Shown here in pieces: positions 1 through 9,081 of a stretch of DNA of 64,000 nucleotides. The stretch spans positions 1-64,000 of the IMG/VR virus record IMGVR_UViG_3300042516_005475; one strand, 5' to 3'. The position numbers and the translations under genes were made by a program. Under the pieces are notes generated by a model. That model made no database searches. It was not told the DNA's origin and was given only the letters and a program-made list of their open reading frames with translations. How positions within the stretch are numbered: position 1 is the stretch's first letter; each line of letters begins with the position of its first letter.

Positions 1-1089
1 AGCAGCACCACGGCGGTGACGAACTGCAATTCTGTTTGCTTCAACGATCAACTTCTGATAGAAGTCGCGATTACGCTCAGCCAACCAGCGACCGTCAGCA
101 GCAGAAGCTGTCCAGCTTGTTACGGAACCGTAAGAAGCATACTTCAAGCAGACTTGGATCATTCTGATGACCATTTCACGATCGATTTCAGCCTGGAGCT
201 CATAGCTCATGGCGTTTGTCAATTCAGCATCGATATCGATACCGTTCATGTTCTTCAAGTCCTGCTCCAACTCAACAGACCAACGAGCAGCTAGTCTGCG
301 GGTACCAGCTTCAACGGCTGTCTTCTCGAAGGAGATAGAAGCTGTTGGGATCTGAGAAGTGAACTCGTAGTTGGCTAGCAACTGAGCAACACCTTGATCA
401 GAATCAATAATCTGGAAGTTGGTGTTGTTTTCATATGCTGCTAATTCAGCAGAAGAAGCACCAGTGAAACGGGTGTCTAGGTATTGGTAACCAAGTTCAC
501 CAGAATAGGTACCACCGAACGTACCAGTGTTACCTGGGCTCACTACACCAGCAGCAGCAGCCTGCCATGGGTAAGGTCCAGGGTTGCCGTAGGCAGCATC
601 ATTGTACTTGCCTGGGATCTGGCTACCTAGTACGTCATTGTCGTACTTGTAACGTAGAGCGAAGGCGAGACCAACTGGACCGCTCATTGGCTGAACACCA
701 ACGATTTCGTTAGTGATCAACTCAGGGAAGGTACGGCGGATCATTGGAATGAGGATCTTTGGCAAACGAGCATCACCGGTAGCATACCAGTCAGCATTCG
801 TATCGCCAGTAGAGTTGTTTACGGCTGCACCGTAACCACCCATACCACCTACTGCACCGTATGCGCCACCGAAAGCTGATTGAGTAGATCCAGAAACGTT
901 AGCGCCGGATTCTTCAATGCACCATCTCTCTTGGTTCTCAAGAAGAATGGCAGTGTTAAGACGTGTGTGATCGTCTTCGATGTTTCTCACGTTCTTGCTG
1001 TTAAAATCAAGAACAGGTGACCACTTCTCAAGAAGAGCGCCAGCTCTATCTGGAGAAATATATGACTGTGAAGGTCTGATATTTTTCAT
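1..1089 (-). CDS. gp23: Major capsid protein, T4 gp23-like (5' part; runs off the window start)
   Basis: Not in the ORF track because it is open at the edge. Manual translation from ATG 1089 gives MKNIRPSQSYISPDRAGALLEKWSPVLD...TAILLENQE...LIPMIRRTFPELITNEIVGVQPMSGPVGLAFALRY, which are gp23 motifs. It follows the scaffold gene. Confidence 0.95.
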   Translation of the reverse strand, partial: MKNIRPSQSYISPDRAGALLEKWSPVLDFNSKNVRNIEDDHTRLNTAILLENQERWCIEESGANVSGSTQSAFGGAYGAVGGMGGYGAAVNNSTGDTNADWYATGDARLPKILIPMIRRTFPELITNEIVGVQPMSGPVGLAFALRYKYDNDVLGSQIPGKYNDAAYGNPGPYPWQAAAAGVVSPGNTGTFGGTYSGELGYQYLDTRFTGASSAELAAYENNTNFQIIDSDQGVAQLLANYEFTSQIPTASISFEKTAVEAGTRRLAARWSVELEQDLKNMNGIDIDAELTNAMSYELQAEIDREMVIRMIQVCLKYASYGSVTSWTASAADGRWLAERNRDFYQKLIVEANRIAVRHRRGAA

Positions 1090-1160
1090 ATGTTTATTTA
1101 TTTTTAGACATTATATGATGTCAAATCATAATCAGGCTTATGCCTCAATGGAAATTTATT

Positions 1161-2066
1161 TTAGTGTCTTGATAGCTCCTGCATGTACAACTTCAATGGA
1201 GGGTGATCAGAAGCTTCTGATGTACCTTCCTCGATTACCTGTTGAGTATTTTCAACTACAGGGCGATCAAGATTTCTAGAAACAGACTGTGATACAGCTT
1301 GCTCGGTTAGAGTCTCGATGTTCTTAGCTTCTTGCTTTTCAAACATCTTGCTTGTATAGTCATAGTTTTCTTTAATGAATTCAGCAGACTTACCCTTGAA
1401 TACCTTGGCCAAATATGCCTTCTTGTTATCAGATAAACCAGCTGTCTTCTGTTCAAAAATTAAATTAGAGACTGCTCTATTGTAAGATTCATTGAGCTGC
1501 TTGTTATCAGCCTTAAGAGCCTCAATGATCTTGGAGCTTTCATCAATCTTTTGCTTACCATCCAATACGGCTTCGCGAATTGATTCTTTACCGAGTACTA
1601 GATCGATAGAAAGCATGCTGCGTAGTTCGTTTAGAACTTGAGCAGAGCGTCTGTTTTGTACAGCCTCTTCAATGGCTGTCTTTGGCAAGTTCTCATCGAG
1701 GTATGACTCGAGATAGTTGGAAATTGATTCAACAAGAGATTGCTTGAATGATGCAGCATCCTCATTGAGAGCCTTCTCGTACTTGCGTACAACAGTCTTG
1801 AGTTTACCAGCATGGTTCTCGTTGATTGCTTCAACAACCTTCAAAAGCTTCTCAGAGTGATTACGGTCAATAGCCTCAACGAGCTTCTCTACCTTGGCAG
1901 AGTGATCTTCGTCGATTTGTACCAATAAACTCTCGAGTTGCAATTTTGCACGATCTTCAGCAGCCTTGTTTACTTGCTGCTCGAATGCCTCAGAAATTTG
2001 ATTTAGTGATTCCTCACTAAGAATATCCTTGGTAACTTCCTTTAATTTTTCAATTAGAGCTGACAT
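1161..2066 (-). CDS. gp22: Prohead core scaffolding protein, gp22-like
   Basis: Acidic coiled-coil protein of 301 aa with LVESISNYLESYLDE; lies between protease and MCP. Confidence 0.85.
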   Translation of the reverse strand: MSALIEKLKEVTKDILSEESLNQISEAFEQQVNKAAEDRAKLQLESLLVQIDEDHSAKVEKLVEAIDRNHSEKLLKVVEAINENHAGKLKTVVRKYEKALNEDAASFKQSLVESISNYLESYLDENLPKTAIEEAVQNRRSAQVLNELRSMLSIDLVLGKESIREAVLDGKQKIDESSKIIEALKADNKQLNESYNRAVSNLIFEQKTAGLSDNKKAYLAKVFKGKSAEFIKENYDYTSKMFEKQEAKNIETLTEQAVSQSVSRNLDRPVVENTQQVIEEGTSEASDHPPLKLYMQELSRH

Positions 2067-2069
2067 ATG

Positions 2070-2210
2070 TTAAAAAAGTGGTTTGTTCAAAGCAGTTTTA
2101 ATACGGCTTTTAATCTTATTATCTAAGACTTGTTGTAAATATTTATTAGCCTCAGAGTAATTTTTTACCCCAACATGCTTAATAAATGACTTAATAAGTT
2201 GAGTTTCCAT
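2070..2210 (-). CDS. Small 46-aa protein, possible prohead core protein (gp67-like)
   Basis: Manual ORF METQLIKSFIKHVGVKNYSEANKYLQQVLDNKIKSRIKTALNKPLF* fills the gp21-gp22 gap. Confidence 0.6.
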   Translation of the reverse strand: METQLIKSFIKHVGVKNYSEANKYLQQVLDNKIKSRIKTALNKPLF

Positions 2211-2214
2211 ATAA

Positions 2215-2889
2215 TTATTTAAGCTTATTGATAAAAATTAATACTTGCTCTCTCAAATATTTATCCACATCTTTGCGAGGCAAGTTACCAATAGACTTTT
2301 CAAACTTATTATAAGCCTCTTCTAGATCACCAGTATCACTTAAAATCCATTGTTTAGACTCTAGAATACCGTTAACAAATGCTTTGGGACATGAAGGATC
2401 TGCAACTACGTCAATAGCAACAAGCTTCATGTTCTTTACTCTATTTACATCTTCTTTAATAGAGTCTGGTTCTAATTGACCTAAACATCTTGTTGAGACG
2501 CCAGGAGTAACTCCATCATCAATAAGATTTTGTACAATCTTACCCATTGGAGTACTTAGAACGAGGGACTTTCCTACAAAGTAATTACCTTCTTGTCTTA
2601 AATTTTGGACACTGTGACAGGCTCTTGCTAGATCAATATCAACAGTGGTTGGGTGGTTTAGTTCTCCTAATGCTCTACCTGACTTAATCATCTCATCGGA
2701 ATATCTCTTTACTTCAGAGACCATTTCCATTAAATCATATAGACGTCTATTTTTATTGACCTCGTTTGCCATCATGAAAGGCCCTTCGATGTATAATCTT
2801 GGCCCTTTCCCGTCGCGCAGATTCTTTTCCTCTTTAATATAAGTAAAGCTGCCGAAATCAGGAGTTTCAACTAATAGTCTGTGTGGCAT
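2215..2889 (-). CDS. gp21: Prohead protease, gp21-like
   Basis: LYIEGPFMMANEVNKNRRLY, ALGELNHP, GVSTRCLG and DVVADPS motifs. Confidence 0.95.
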   Translation of the reverse strand: MPHRLLVETPDFGSFTYIKEEKNLRDGKGPRLYIEGPFMMANEVNKNRRLYDLMEMVSEVKRYSDEMIKSGRALGELNHPTTVDIDLARACHSVQNLRQEGNYFVGKSLVLSTPMGKIVQNLIDDGVTPGVSTRCLGQLEPDSIKEDVNRVKNMKLVAIDVVADPSCPKAFVNGILESKQWILSDTGDLEEAYNKFEKSIGNLPRKDVDKYLREQVLIFINKLK

Positions 2890-2927
2890 ATAATTATAAA
2901 ATTATTTATAGTAAACGTTAGTATTTT

Positions 2928-3386
2928 TTAAGATTTTTTTGGAAAGAGCTGTTTTTCTGTCAAAATTAGGAAGTCAAAATCTTTGCCCTCACACCATTTT
3001 TTAGCAGCTTCCCACTTAGCCATATTCTTAGCATATGTTGTAGCCTCAGTAACATAAGTACTTTGTTTTTTATTACCGTGCTGTTTGGGTGGCTCTGTTT
3101 GCTTGGATGGCTTTATCTCAACGAGAAACTTCTTTACAGTATTTTCATTAATCTTGTAAACTATACTATTGTCTACATAGTACTTGTGAAATTTATTATC
3201 AAGCGGTGATTTGTATGGAATAACTACAGCTTCTGAAGTCCATTCAAGAACTTTAGGGTTATTATCACACCAACGAAAGAAAAACAATTCATAGCTACTC
3301 CTGTAAACAGGGTCTTGTGTTCCAAGATATTTTGATCTGTTTACAGGTTTATAAATTCCTTTTTTATATTGGCCAACTTTAAACAT
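2928..3386 (-). CDS. gp4: Head completion nuclease, gp4-like (TnsA-type)
   Basis: YRSSYE, WTSE, YYVD, LVEIKP, KWEAAKKWC and ILTE motifs. Confidence 0.9.
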   Translation of the reverse strand: MFKVGQYKKGIYKPVNRSKYLGTQDPVYRSSYELFFFRWCDNNPKVLEWTSEAVVIPYKSPLDNKFHKYYVDNSIVYKINENTVKKFLVEIKPSKQTEPPKQHGNKKQSTYVTEATTYAKNMAKWEAAKKWCEGKDFDFLILTEKQLFPKKS

Positions 3387-4258
3387 TATCCAACAAAGAA
3401 TAATGGAGGTTCGGCATCTCCGAAACCTGCTGTAGACTTTGTAAACAATTGAGTTTCTAGTTTTTCTTTCTCAGCTAAACCTTGACTCAACATGTCATTA
3501 TAGTTTACAGTACCACCTCCGAATAAACTTTGTCCGGCATACTTACCTCTTATTTGGCCAATTGCTATCTTTGTAAGTGCTAATGAGTATTGCTGTACCC
3601 AAGGCTCCATGACAATATATTTTATTTGACGTTCTACATAACAACCAATTAAACCAAACCAACGACTAGAAACTGTTTGTACGGATGGGTCCGGTAAAAT
3701 CTTTAGGTACTGTGTTCTTGGATCAAAATAGAAGTAATAATACTGAGTAAGAGTCTTCGCTCTTGTGCTCATATACATCTGAGTAATGTGCCAGCTTACC
3801 AAATCAAAACCGTAGTTACCAAGAGCATAGTTAAAGTAGGTTTGCTGAGCCAATGTTTGTTCAATAGTAAACAATGTATTAGTACCAGTTGTAGTACCTT
3901 GATCCAAAGAGAATACATCAACGACTTTTCTATAATTATCTAGATCATAGTCAAAGTTTGCTGAGAGAGCACTCATCAAAGGTGTAATAGTAAACAATGT
4001 ATCAAGCTTTACACCAGCATAGTGATCGTATAAAGCGCTATCAAAAATAAGAAACTCTTCAGTATAGCCTGCATACTTTGTAAACAATTCACAAGCCATG
4101 GAAATGTTCTCATATACAATATCTTGAGTAACTTCAAGCTTTAGTACTGGAGCACCGAGCTGAAAGCCAATTCTTTGAGCCAATCTACTGTAAGAATTAA
4201 TCTTAGTATCTAAATTGGTATTTTGATAATATGCTACTGGGTTACAAGGTATTGACAT
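3386..4258 (-). CDS. gp13: Neck protein, gp13-like
   Basis: LGAPVLKLEV and WVQQYSLALTKIAIGQIRGKY...LFGGGTVN; ends PPLFFVG. Confidence 0.85.
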   Translation of the reverse strand: MSIPCNPVAYYQNTNLDTKINSYSRLAQRIGFQLGAPVLKLEVTQDIVYENISMACELFTKYAGYTEEFLIFDSALYDHYAGVKLDTLFTITPLMSALSANFDYDLDNYRKVVDVFSLDQGTTTGTNTLFTIEQTLAQQTYFNYALGNYGFDLVSWHITQMYMSTRAKTLTQYYYFYFDPRTQYLKILPDPSVQTVSSRWFGLIGCYVERQIKYIVMEPWVQQYSLALTKIAIGQIRGKYAGQSLFGGGTVNYNDMLSQGLAEKEKLETQLFTKSTAGFGDAEPPLFFVG

Positions 4259-4264
4259 ATATTA

Positions 4265-6076
4265 TTAGGTTGGTAGTGCAGAAGCTTCAGCGCCTGGAGC
4301 TGGTGTTGGAGCTGCTCCACCTTCTGGTGCAGTACCTGGAGCAGGAGCCTCTCCACCCTCAGCGCCAGGTAAAGGAGTAAAGGCTGGAGGAGCTCCTCCA
4401 CCACCCATACCACCACCCCCACCACCAAAGCCAGCAATCTGACCTTCAGCGGAGGTAGGCTCGGCTTGTTTTTGTTCCCAATCAGGGCCTGTGTTAACAA
4501 TTTGAGCGAGCTCCCATTTCAATCCAGCATCTTTCTTTAACCATTCTCTGTTAGCCTTGATATCAACATCAGACCAACCCAAGTACTTCTTCATGGCAAA
4601 AGAAGTAGAGAACATTTCATTAGAAGATACTTGACCGAAGTTAGCAAATTTTAATTCAAGAATCTGGTTCTGTCTTAGTTCGTAATAATTTGTTGGTGGT
4701 ACAAATTCAAGCTGAACATCACTCTCTGCAATATCATAGGTTTCAAGCAAACCTTTTAGCTTGAGCTGAGTAATAAAGGCTGGACGTAAACCAGCAGCAA
4801 ATGTTCTTTGCAATCTAATAATAAAGTTAGCAAACTTTAGCTCTTCTCTTAAGATAGTTGCAGAATCATTAGTAGTATCTTCTGGGTTAAGTCTTGTTAC
4901 AGGTACCTTAAGAGCCTTATAAAGCTTCTTAATAAAATAGTTTAAGTCATCTAACTGGCCTAGATTCTGACCTGCAGCTAATGTTGTAACAGTTGTACCT
5001 TCACCACCTTGTCTCTTAGCAAACCAGAAAGCATCCATCATTGATTGTGGATTATAAGTCAAAACTGGTGAGCCGTTGTAAGCATCATAGCTCTTTTTGC
5101 TCCAGAAGTTATTCATCAACTTCTTTAAGTAAGCCTCAGCTTTTGGCTTAGGCATATCACCAACATCAACATTAAACACCAATCTCTCAGGAGCTCTAAC
5201 TAAACGATAAATGATAATAGAATCTTCAATCAAAGATAATTGACGATAGGCTCTTCTAGCATTTTCAATGAATGGTACACGAATAGTCTTTGATTGATTC
5301 CAAATACCAGAATTAATATACATAATCTGGTTCTTTTCCATTGGAATTAATTCAAATTTACCAGTAGTAGATTGTCTCTTGCTAGCCTCTGTCTTTGAAT
5401 TTCCAGCAAAAGGTTTGCGGAGCAAAAACCCTTTAATCAAAAGATTCTGTACATTTTCATATACTGGATCGATTAGTTCGCATGGAATGTTAATAAAGCC
5501 AAGAATACCTTTGTCTGGTTCTTTTTGACTTACAACATTTTCGAAATATAACTCACCATCCATTAAGAGCATTCTAATATACTCCCAACCTTTGCTTTCA
5601 AGATCTAGCTTCTGTAAGAACTTTTGTAGCTCTTTATTAATAATAGTTGAAACTTTTTCATCGTGTTGAAAGTTACGTAAATTAAGCTTTACTATCTCGT
5701 TATGCTCATCTTTATTAAGAAATGAATCACAAATTTCATCTAGAGCATCAGCTACCTCAGCAAACTGAGCCATGATTCTGTATTCAAGCAAACGACGAGT
5801 CTTATCAAAGTCGACGTTAGCATACATGAACTGGCTATAGTTCTTATCAATAGTAATACCACCCATTGGGTGTGTATCCAGTTTTGGTGTTGAAACAGCC
5901 TGTCGGTTCAACATTTGGGCTTTATTTGAGCCCATTCCGTAAAACAATTTATATTTTGGGTTAATTACATCTAACGGATCGACATTATTCAAAGGGGATG
6001 TGTAAGGAAGCTTTGAATATATCATATTCATTACTTGACCCATTGTGTCGTTTTTTGATGAACCATCAATTGCCAT
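4265..6076 (-). CDS. gp20: Portal protein, gp20-like
   Basis: YRIMAQFAEVADALDEI, EDSIIIYRLVRAPERLVFNVDVGDMPKPKAEAY, ILREELKF. Confidence 0.95.
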   Translation of the reverse strand: MAIDGSSKNDTMGQVMNMIYSKLPYTSPLNNVDPLDVINPKYKLFYGMGSNKAQMLNRQAVSTPKLDTHPMGGITIDKNYSQFMYANVDFDKTRRLLEYRIMAQFAEVADALDEICDSFLNKDEHNEIVKLNLRNFQHDEKVSTIINKELQKFLQKLDLESKGWEYIRMLLMDGELYFENVVSQKEPDKGILGFINIPCELIDPVYENVQNLLIKGFLLRKPFAGNSKTEASKRQSTTGKFELIPMEKNQIMYINSGIWNQSKTIRVPFIENARRAYRQLSLIEDSIIIYRLVRAPERLVFNVDVGDMPKPKAEAYLKKLMNNFWSKKSYDAYNGSPVLTYNPQSMMDAFWFAKRQGGEGTTVTTLAAGQNLGQLDDLNYFIKKLYKALKVPVTRLNPEDTTNDSATILREELKFANFIIRLQRTFAAGLRPAFITQLKLKGLLETYDIAESDVQLEFVPPTNYYELRQNQILELKFANFGQVSSNEMFSTSFAMKKYLGWSDVDIKANREWLKKDAGLKWELAQIVNTGPDWEQKQAEPTSAEGQIAGFGGGGGGMGGGGAPPAFTPLPGAEGGEAPAPGTAPEGGAAPTPAPGAEASALPT

Positions 6077-6117
6077 AAAATTATTTATTGTTTAGAACAT
6101 GTATTTCAATTTTATTA

Positions 6118-7494
6118 TTACAAATGTGTTGGTGTAGGAGTAGGGGTACTACTAGTTGTTATTGAAGGGGTAGGTGAAGCAGAAGGAGTAAAGCAGAATG
6201 GGAATACATTAGAGTTAATATAACCACCACCAGTCATAATAGTAAACGAGGTATTAATGTCGTAACCCAAACCACCTGGCTTATAAGCATAGTTAATTAC
6301 CCCTTGAGGAGTCAAACCTTGCAAGTACCAACCATTTAGAGATGGTAAGTAAGTCAAGTGAGAAGTTGGAGCTGTGTTATTTGTGTATTGTATCACATCA
6401 TCTGTAACACGGTATAATACACCGTTAATGTATAGAGAGTAAGTTAATCTGCCTACAAATGCTAATGTATAGCAACCATAAACACAGAAGTCGTTACCAA
6501 CACCTGTAATAATAATTGCAGGTCCAAGGGTTGGTGTTAATCCTGGAGTTAATGTAGGGGTAGGTGTAGGTGTCGGTGTTGTAGTTTGAGTTGGAGTAAC
6601 CCCTGGGGTGCTTGTCGGTGTAATTGTCGGTGTACCTGTAGAGGTAACAGACTGAGTTGGGGTAGGTGTTGGGGTAGGAGAAAGAATACCAGGAGTCGTA
6701 GTAACAGTGGGTGTTGGTGTAGGTGTCGCAGGACTAACATCAAATATTGTAATACCATCTGAAATACAATATCCAGACTTATTAAATGTAATAAACTTAA
6801 TTGTCTGACCACTACTAAAATTACTTAAAGGTGGTAGGGTAAATAAAGCTTTACTGTTTGATAGTTTAACGAAGTTTGTTACTCTTACAGCCGAAAATGC
6901 TGGATAAGCTGTAGAGAGATTATAAACAGTGGTTGGTAAGTATCTTAACGAAACTAGATTTGCTGGAGAGAAGAAATTAACATACTCTGTAGTTAATGGA
7001 GAAAATAACGAATTGTCAGTAGCGCTAAGATAAATTTCATCTAAGAATAAAAAGTTACCTGTAATTGTTACATCTCTAAATGTAGATCTCTTACCATATC
7101 TTGAATAATGAACATATGAAATACATGGCAAAGCTGATATAACTACAGTCTCAGTTAATATAGAACTTGCTGGTAAAGTGTATATATCCCCACCTGAAAC
7201 ATATTCAGATGTTATGTAAATTGTTTCTGTAAGATTAGAACTGGCTGGAAGAGAGTAGGTATTTCCACCTGAAACGTATTCAGATGTTATATAAATCGTT
7301 TCAGTTAAATTAGAACTAGCTGGTAAAGTATATGTATTTCCACCTGAAACATAATCAGATGTTATATAAATGGTCTCTGTAAGACTGGAACTAGGAGGTA
7401 ATGAGTAGGTGTCCCCACCTGAAACGTATGCAGCTGTAATGTATATTGTTTCGGTTAGATTCGAACTATAAGGTGGGTAGTTTGTAGAACTCAT
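6118..7494 (-). CDS. Putative virion surface protein with 25-aa tandem repeats and Pro/Thr-rich linkers
   Basis: Four SSNLTETIYITSEYVSGGNTYxLP repeats and TPTPTP tracts; embedded among structural genes. Confidence 0.6.
   Translation of the reverse strand: MSSTNYPPYSSNLTETIYITAAYVSGGDTYSLPPSSSLTETIYITSDYVSGGNTYTLPASSNLTETIYITSEYVSGGNTYSLPASSNLTETIYITSEYVSGGDIYTLPASSILTETVVISALPCISYVHYSRYGKRSTFRDVTITGNFLFLDEIYLSATDNSLFSPLTTEYVNFFSPANLVSLRYLPTTVYNLSTAYPAFSAVRVTNFVKLSNSKALFTLPPLSNFSSGQTIKFITFNKSGYCISDGITIFDVSPATPTPTPTVTTTPGILSPTPTPTPTQSVTSTGTPTITPTSTPGVTPTQTTTPTPTPTPTLTPGLTPTLGPAIIITGVGNDFCVYGCYTLAFVGRLTYSLYINGVLYRVTDDVIQYTNNTAPTSHLTYLPSLNGWYLQGLTPQGVINYAYKPGGLGYDINTSFTIMTGGGYINSNVFPFCFTPSASPTPSITTSSTPTPTPTHL
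7135..7467 (-). repeat. 75-bp (25-aa) tandem repeat, four copies plus a partial copy
   Basis: Repeated ccacctgaaac units visible in the DNA; protein repeat read directly; boundaries approximate. Confidence 0.85.
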
Positions 7495-7496
7495 TT

Positions 7497-8162
7497 TTAG
7501 TATACATCAAATCCAGAAACAGGTATGAAATTAGCGTCAATTACAAAAATATTATTAACAGACCCTTGATCTTTTGGAAACAACCAACCTTTTATAGTAA
7601 AGCTAGTATCTGCTGAGACTCTATAAGGAGTTGTACTATCAATATCTGTTGGATAGGACATGTTCATACTCTCAGACCATAACACCTCTGTTCTTATCTC
7701 TTGAGGTACTTGCACGAAAGCTGGTGGTATTTTCCAAGATATAACTACGTAAGGGTTACTGTATGGTATGAAATTGCTTAGTATCTGATCCATATCTGTT
7801 TGATATTTGGTCAAGATACTCATGTTAACATTAATGTTGATTGGGGTTGGTTGAGGTAGAAAATCTGTTGTACCAACACCATTGTTAGCATAAAAAGAAC
7901 CTAAAATCTTATTGAATACTCTTGAGCTATCTCTTTGAATACCACCAATTGTTACAGCAATTACTGGTAAAGTTAAATGCATTGACTTGTTAACTAAGTC
8001 TTGTATAACTCTTTGTTTTGGTGAATAAACGTATGAAACTCTAAGTTTTTTCTCATCAGGTACTCTGTCTTTGTCATATCGATTAATAACTACAGAGTTA
8101 AAGGCAGCTACGAACTGCGTAATCAGATCTTTTATTTCAAAATAGAATGGTTGATCTCTCAC
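7497..8162 (-). CDS. gp15: Tail sheath stabilizer/terminator, gp15-like
   Basis: FYFEIKDLITQFVAAFN, YVYSPKQ, LPVIAV, DQILSNFIPY, FTIKGWLFP. Confidence 0.85.
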   Translation of the reverse strand: MRDQPFYFEIKDLITQFVAAFNSVVINRYDKDRVPDEKKLRVSYVYSPKQRVIQDLVNKSMHLTLPVIAVTIGGIQRDSSRVFNKILGSFYANNGVGTTDFLPQPTPININVNMSILTKYQTDMDQILSNFIPYSNPYVVISWKIPPAFVQVPQEIRTEVLWSESMNMSYPTDIDSTTPYRVSADTSFTIKGWLFPKDQGSVNNIFVIDANFIPVSGFDVY

Positions 8163-8193
8163 AGAAATATTTATAAGTAGTTTAGGCTTTTAT

Positions 8194-9081
8194 ATGTTGA
8201 AAGTTCTATTTATCAACAACTTCAATCAACCAGACTATTTATCTAACATGCTCTATATAGGGCTAGCTAATAAGCAAGATGTTGAACTATATACTTATGC
8301 AGCTCCTTTTCACTTAATATCTGGCATTGGTTGGAATGATAAATTTATAGTTAATAGTAAATGGGAAGACAATATTAAAGCTCCAGGCTTTACAGTTTGT
8401 AGTAAAATTAAAAGAGGTCCTATTATAGATTTTGCACAAGAAATTAAATTTAGAATTCAAAATCATTTTTACGATAAAATTATCTATTCTTCTATTTGGA
8501 GAGATCAAATGTACTTTGAAGACGTTATAAAGACCTATAGCAAAAAAGATATTATTATGATCGATGGAGATGATCATGAATTAATACTTGAGTCGGTTGC
8601 AGATAAAGGTATCTATTTTAAGAGAGAATTATTCATTGATAGAACGGATATTAGACCAATAGCAATGGCTATACCAGATTCTATTTTACAATCAGACTCT
8701 TCAACAAACAAAACACAGCTCTTTTCTACTGTATATCCAGGTAGACCTGAAACTTATATTTTTAAAACAGAACAAAGCTATTACGAAGATTACCAAAAAT
8801 CGTATTTCGGTACTACATTTAAGAAGGGTGGTTGGGATTGCTTGAGACACTATGAAATTATAGGCAACAAATGCATCCCCTACTTTATAGGGTTAGAAGA
8901 ATGCCCAAAAAATATTTTATTTAATTGGCCAAAAAAACTTATTTTAAAGACAAATGAGTACGCAAAAAACAGTATAGCGCCTCAAGAGTATGACGAACTC
9001 TTAGAAGAGCTATACTGTTTTGCGAAGCAGTATATGACTACATCTGCTTTAGCTAATTATGTTATTGAAACCTCTGAATGA
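8194..9081 (+). CDS. Putative glycosyltransferase-like protein
   Basis: IDGDD, YFKRE and KKGGWDCLRHYEI...CIPYF resemble a GT-B C-terminal motif. Confidence 0.5.
   Translation: MLKVLFINNFNQPDYLSNMLYIGLANKQDVELYTYAAPFHLISGIGWNDKFIVNSKWEDNIKAPGFTVCSKIKRGPIIDFAQEIKFRIQNHFYDKIIYSSIWRDQMYFEDVIKTYSKKDIIMIDGDDHELILESVADKGIYFKRELFIDRTDIRPIAMAIPDSILQSDSSTNKTQLFSTVYPGRPETYIFKTEQSYYEDYQKSYFGTTFKKGGWDCLRHYEIIGNKCIPYFIGLEECPKNILFNWPKKLILKTNEYAKNSIAPQEYDELLEELYCFAKQYMTTSALANYVIETSE

Noticed and set aside
16-1279. Plus-strand ORFs 16-294 and 980-1279
   Set aside because: They are antisense shadows of gp23 and gp22; the real gene is the edge-truncated minus-strand MCP.
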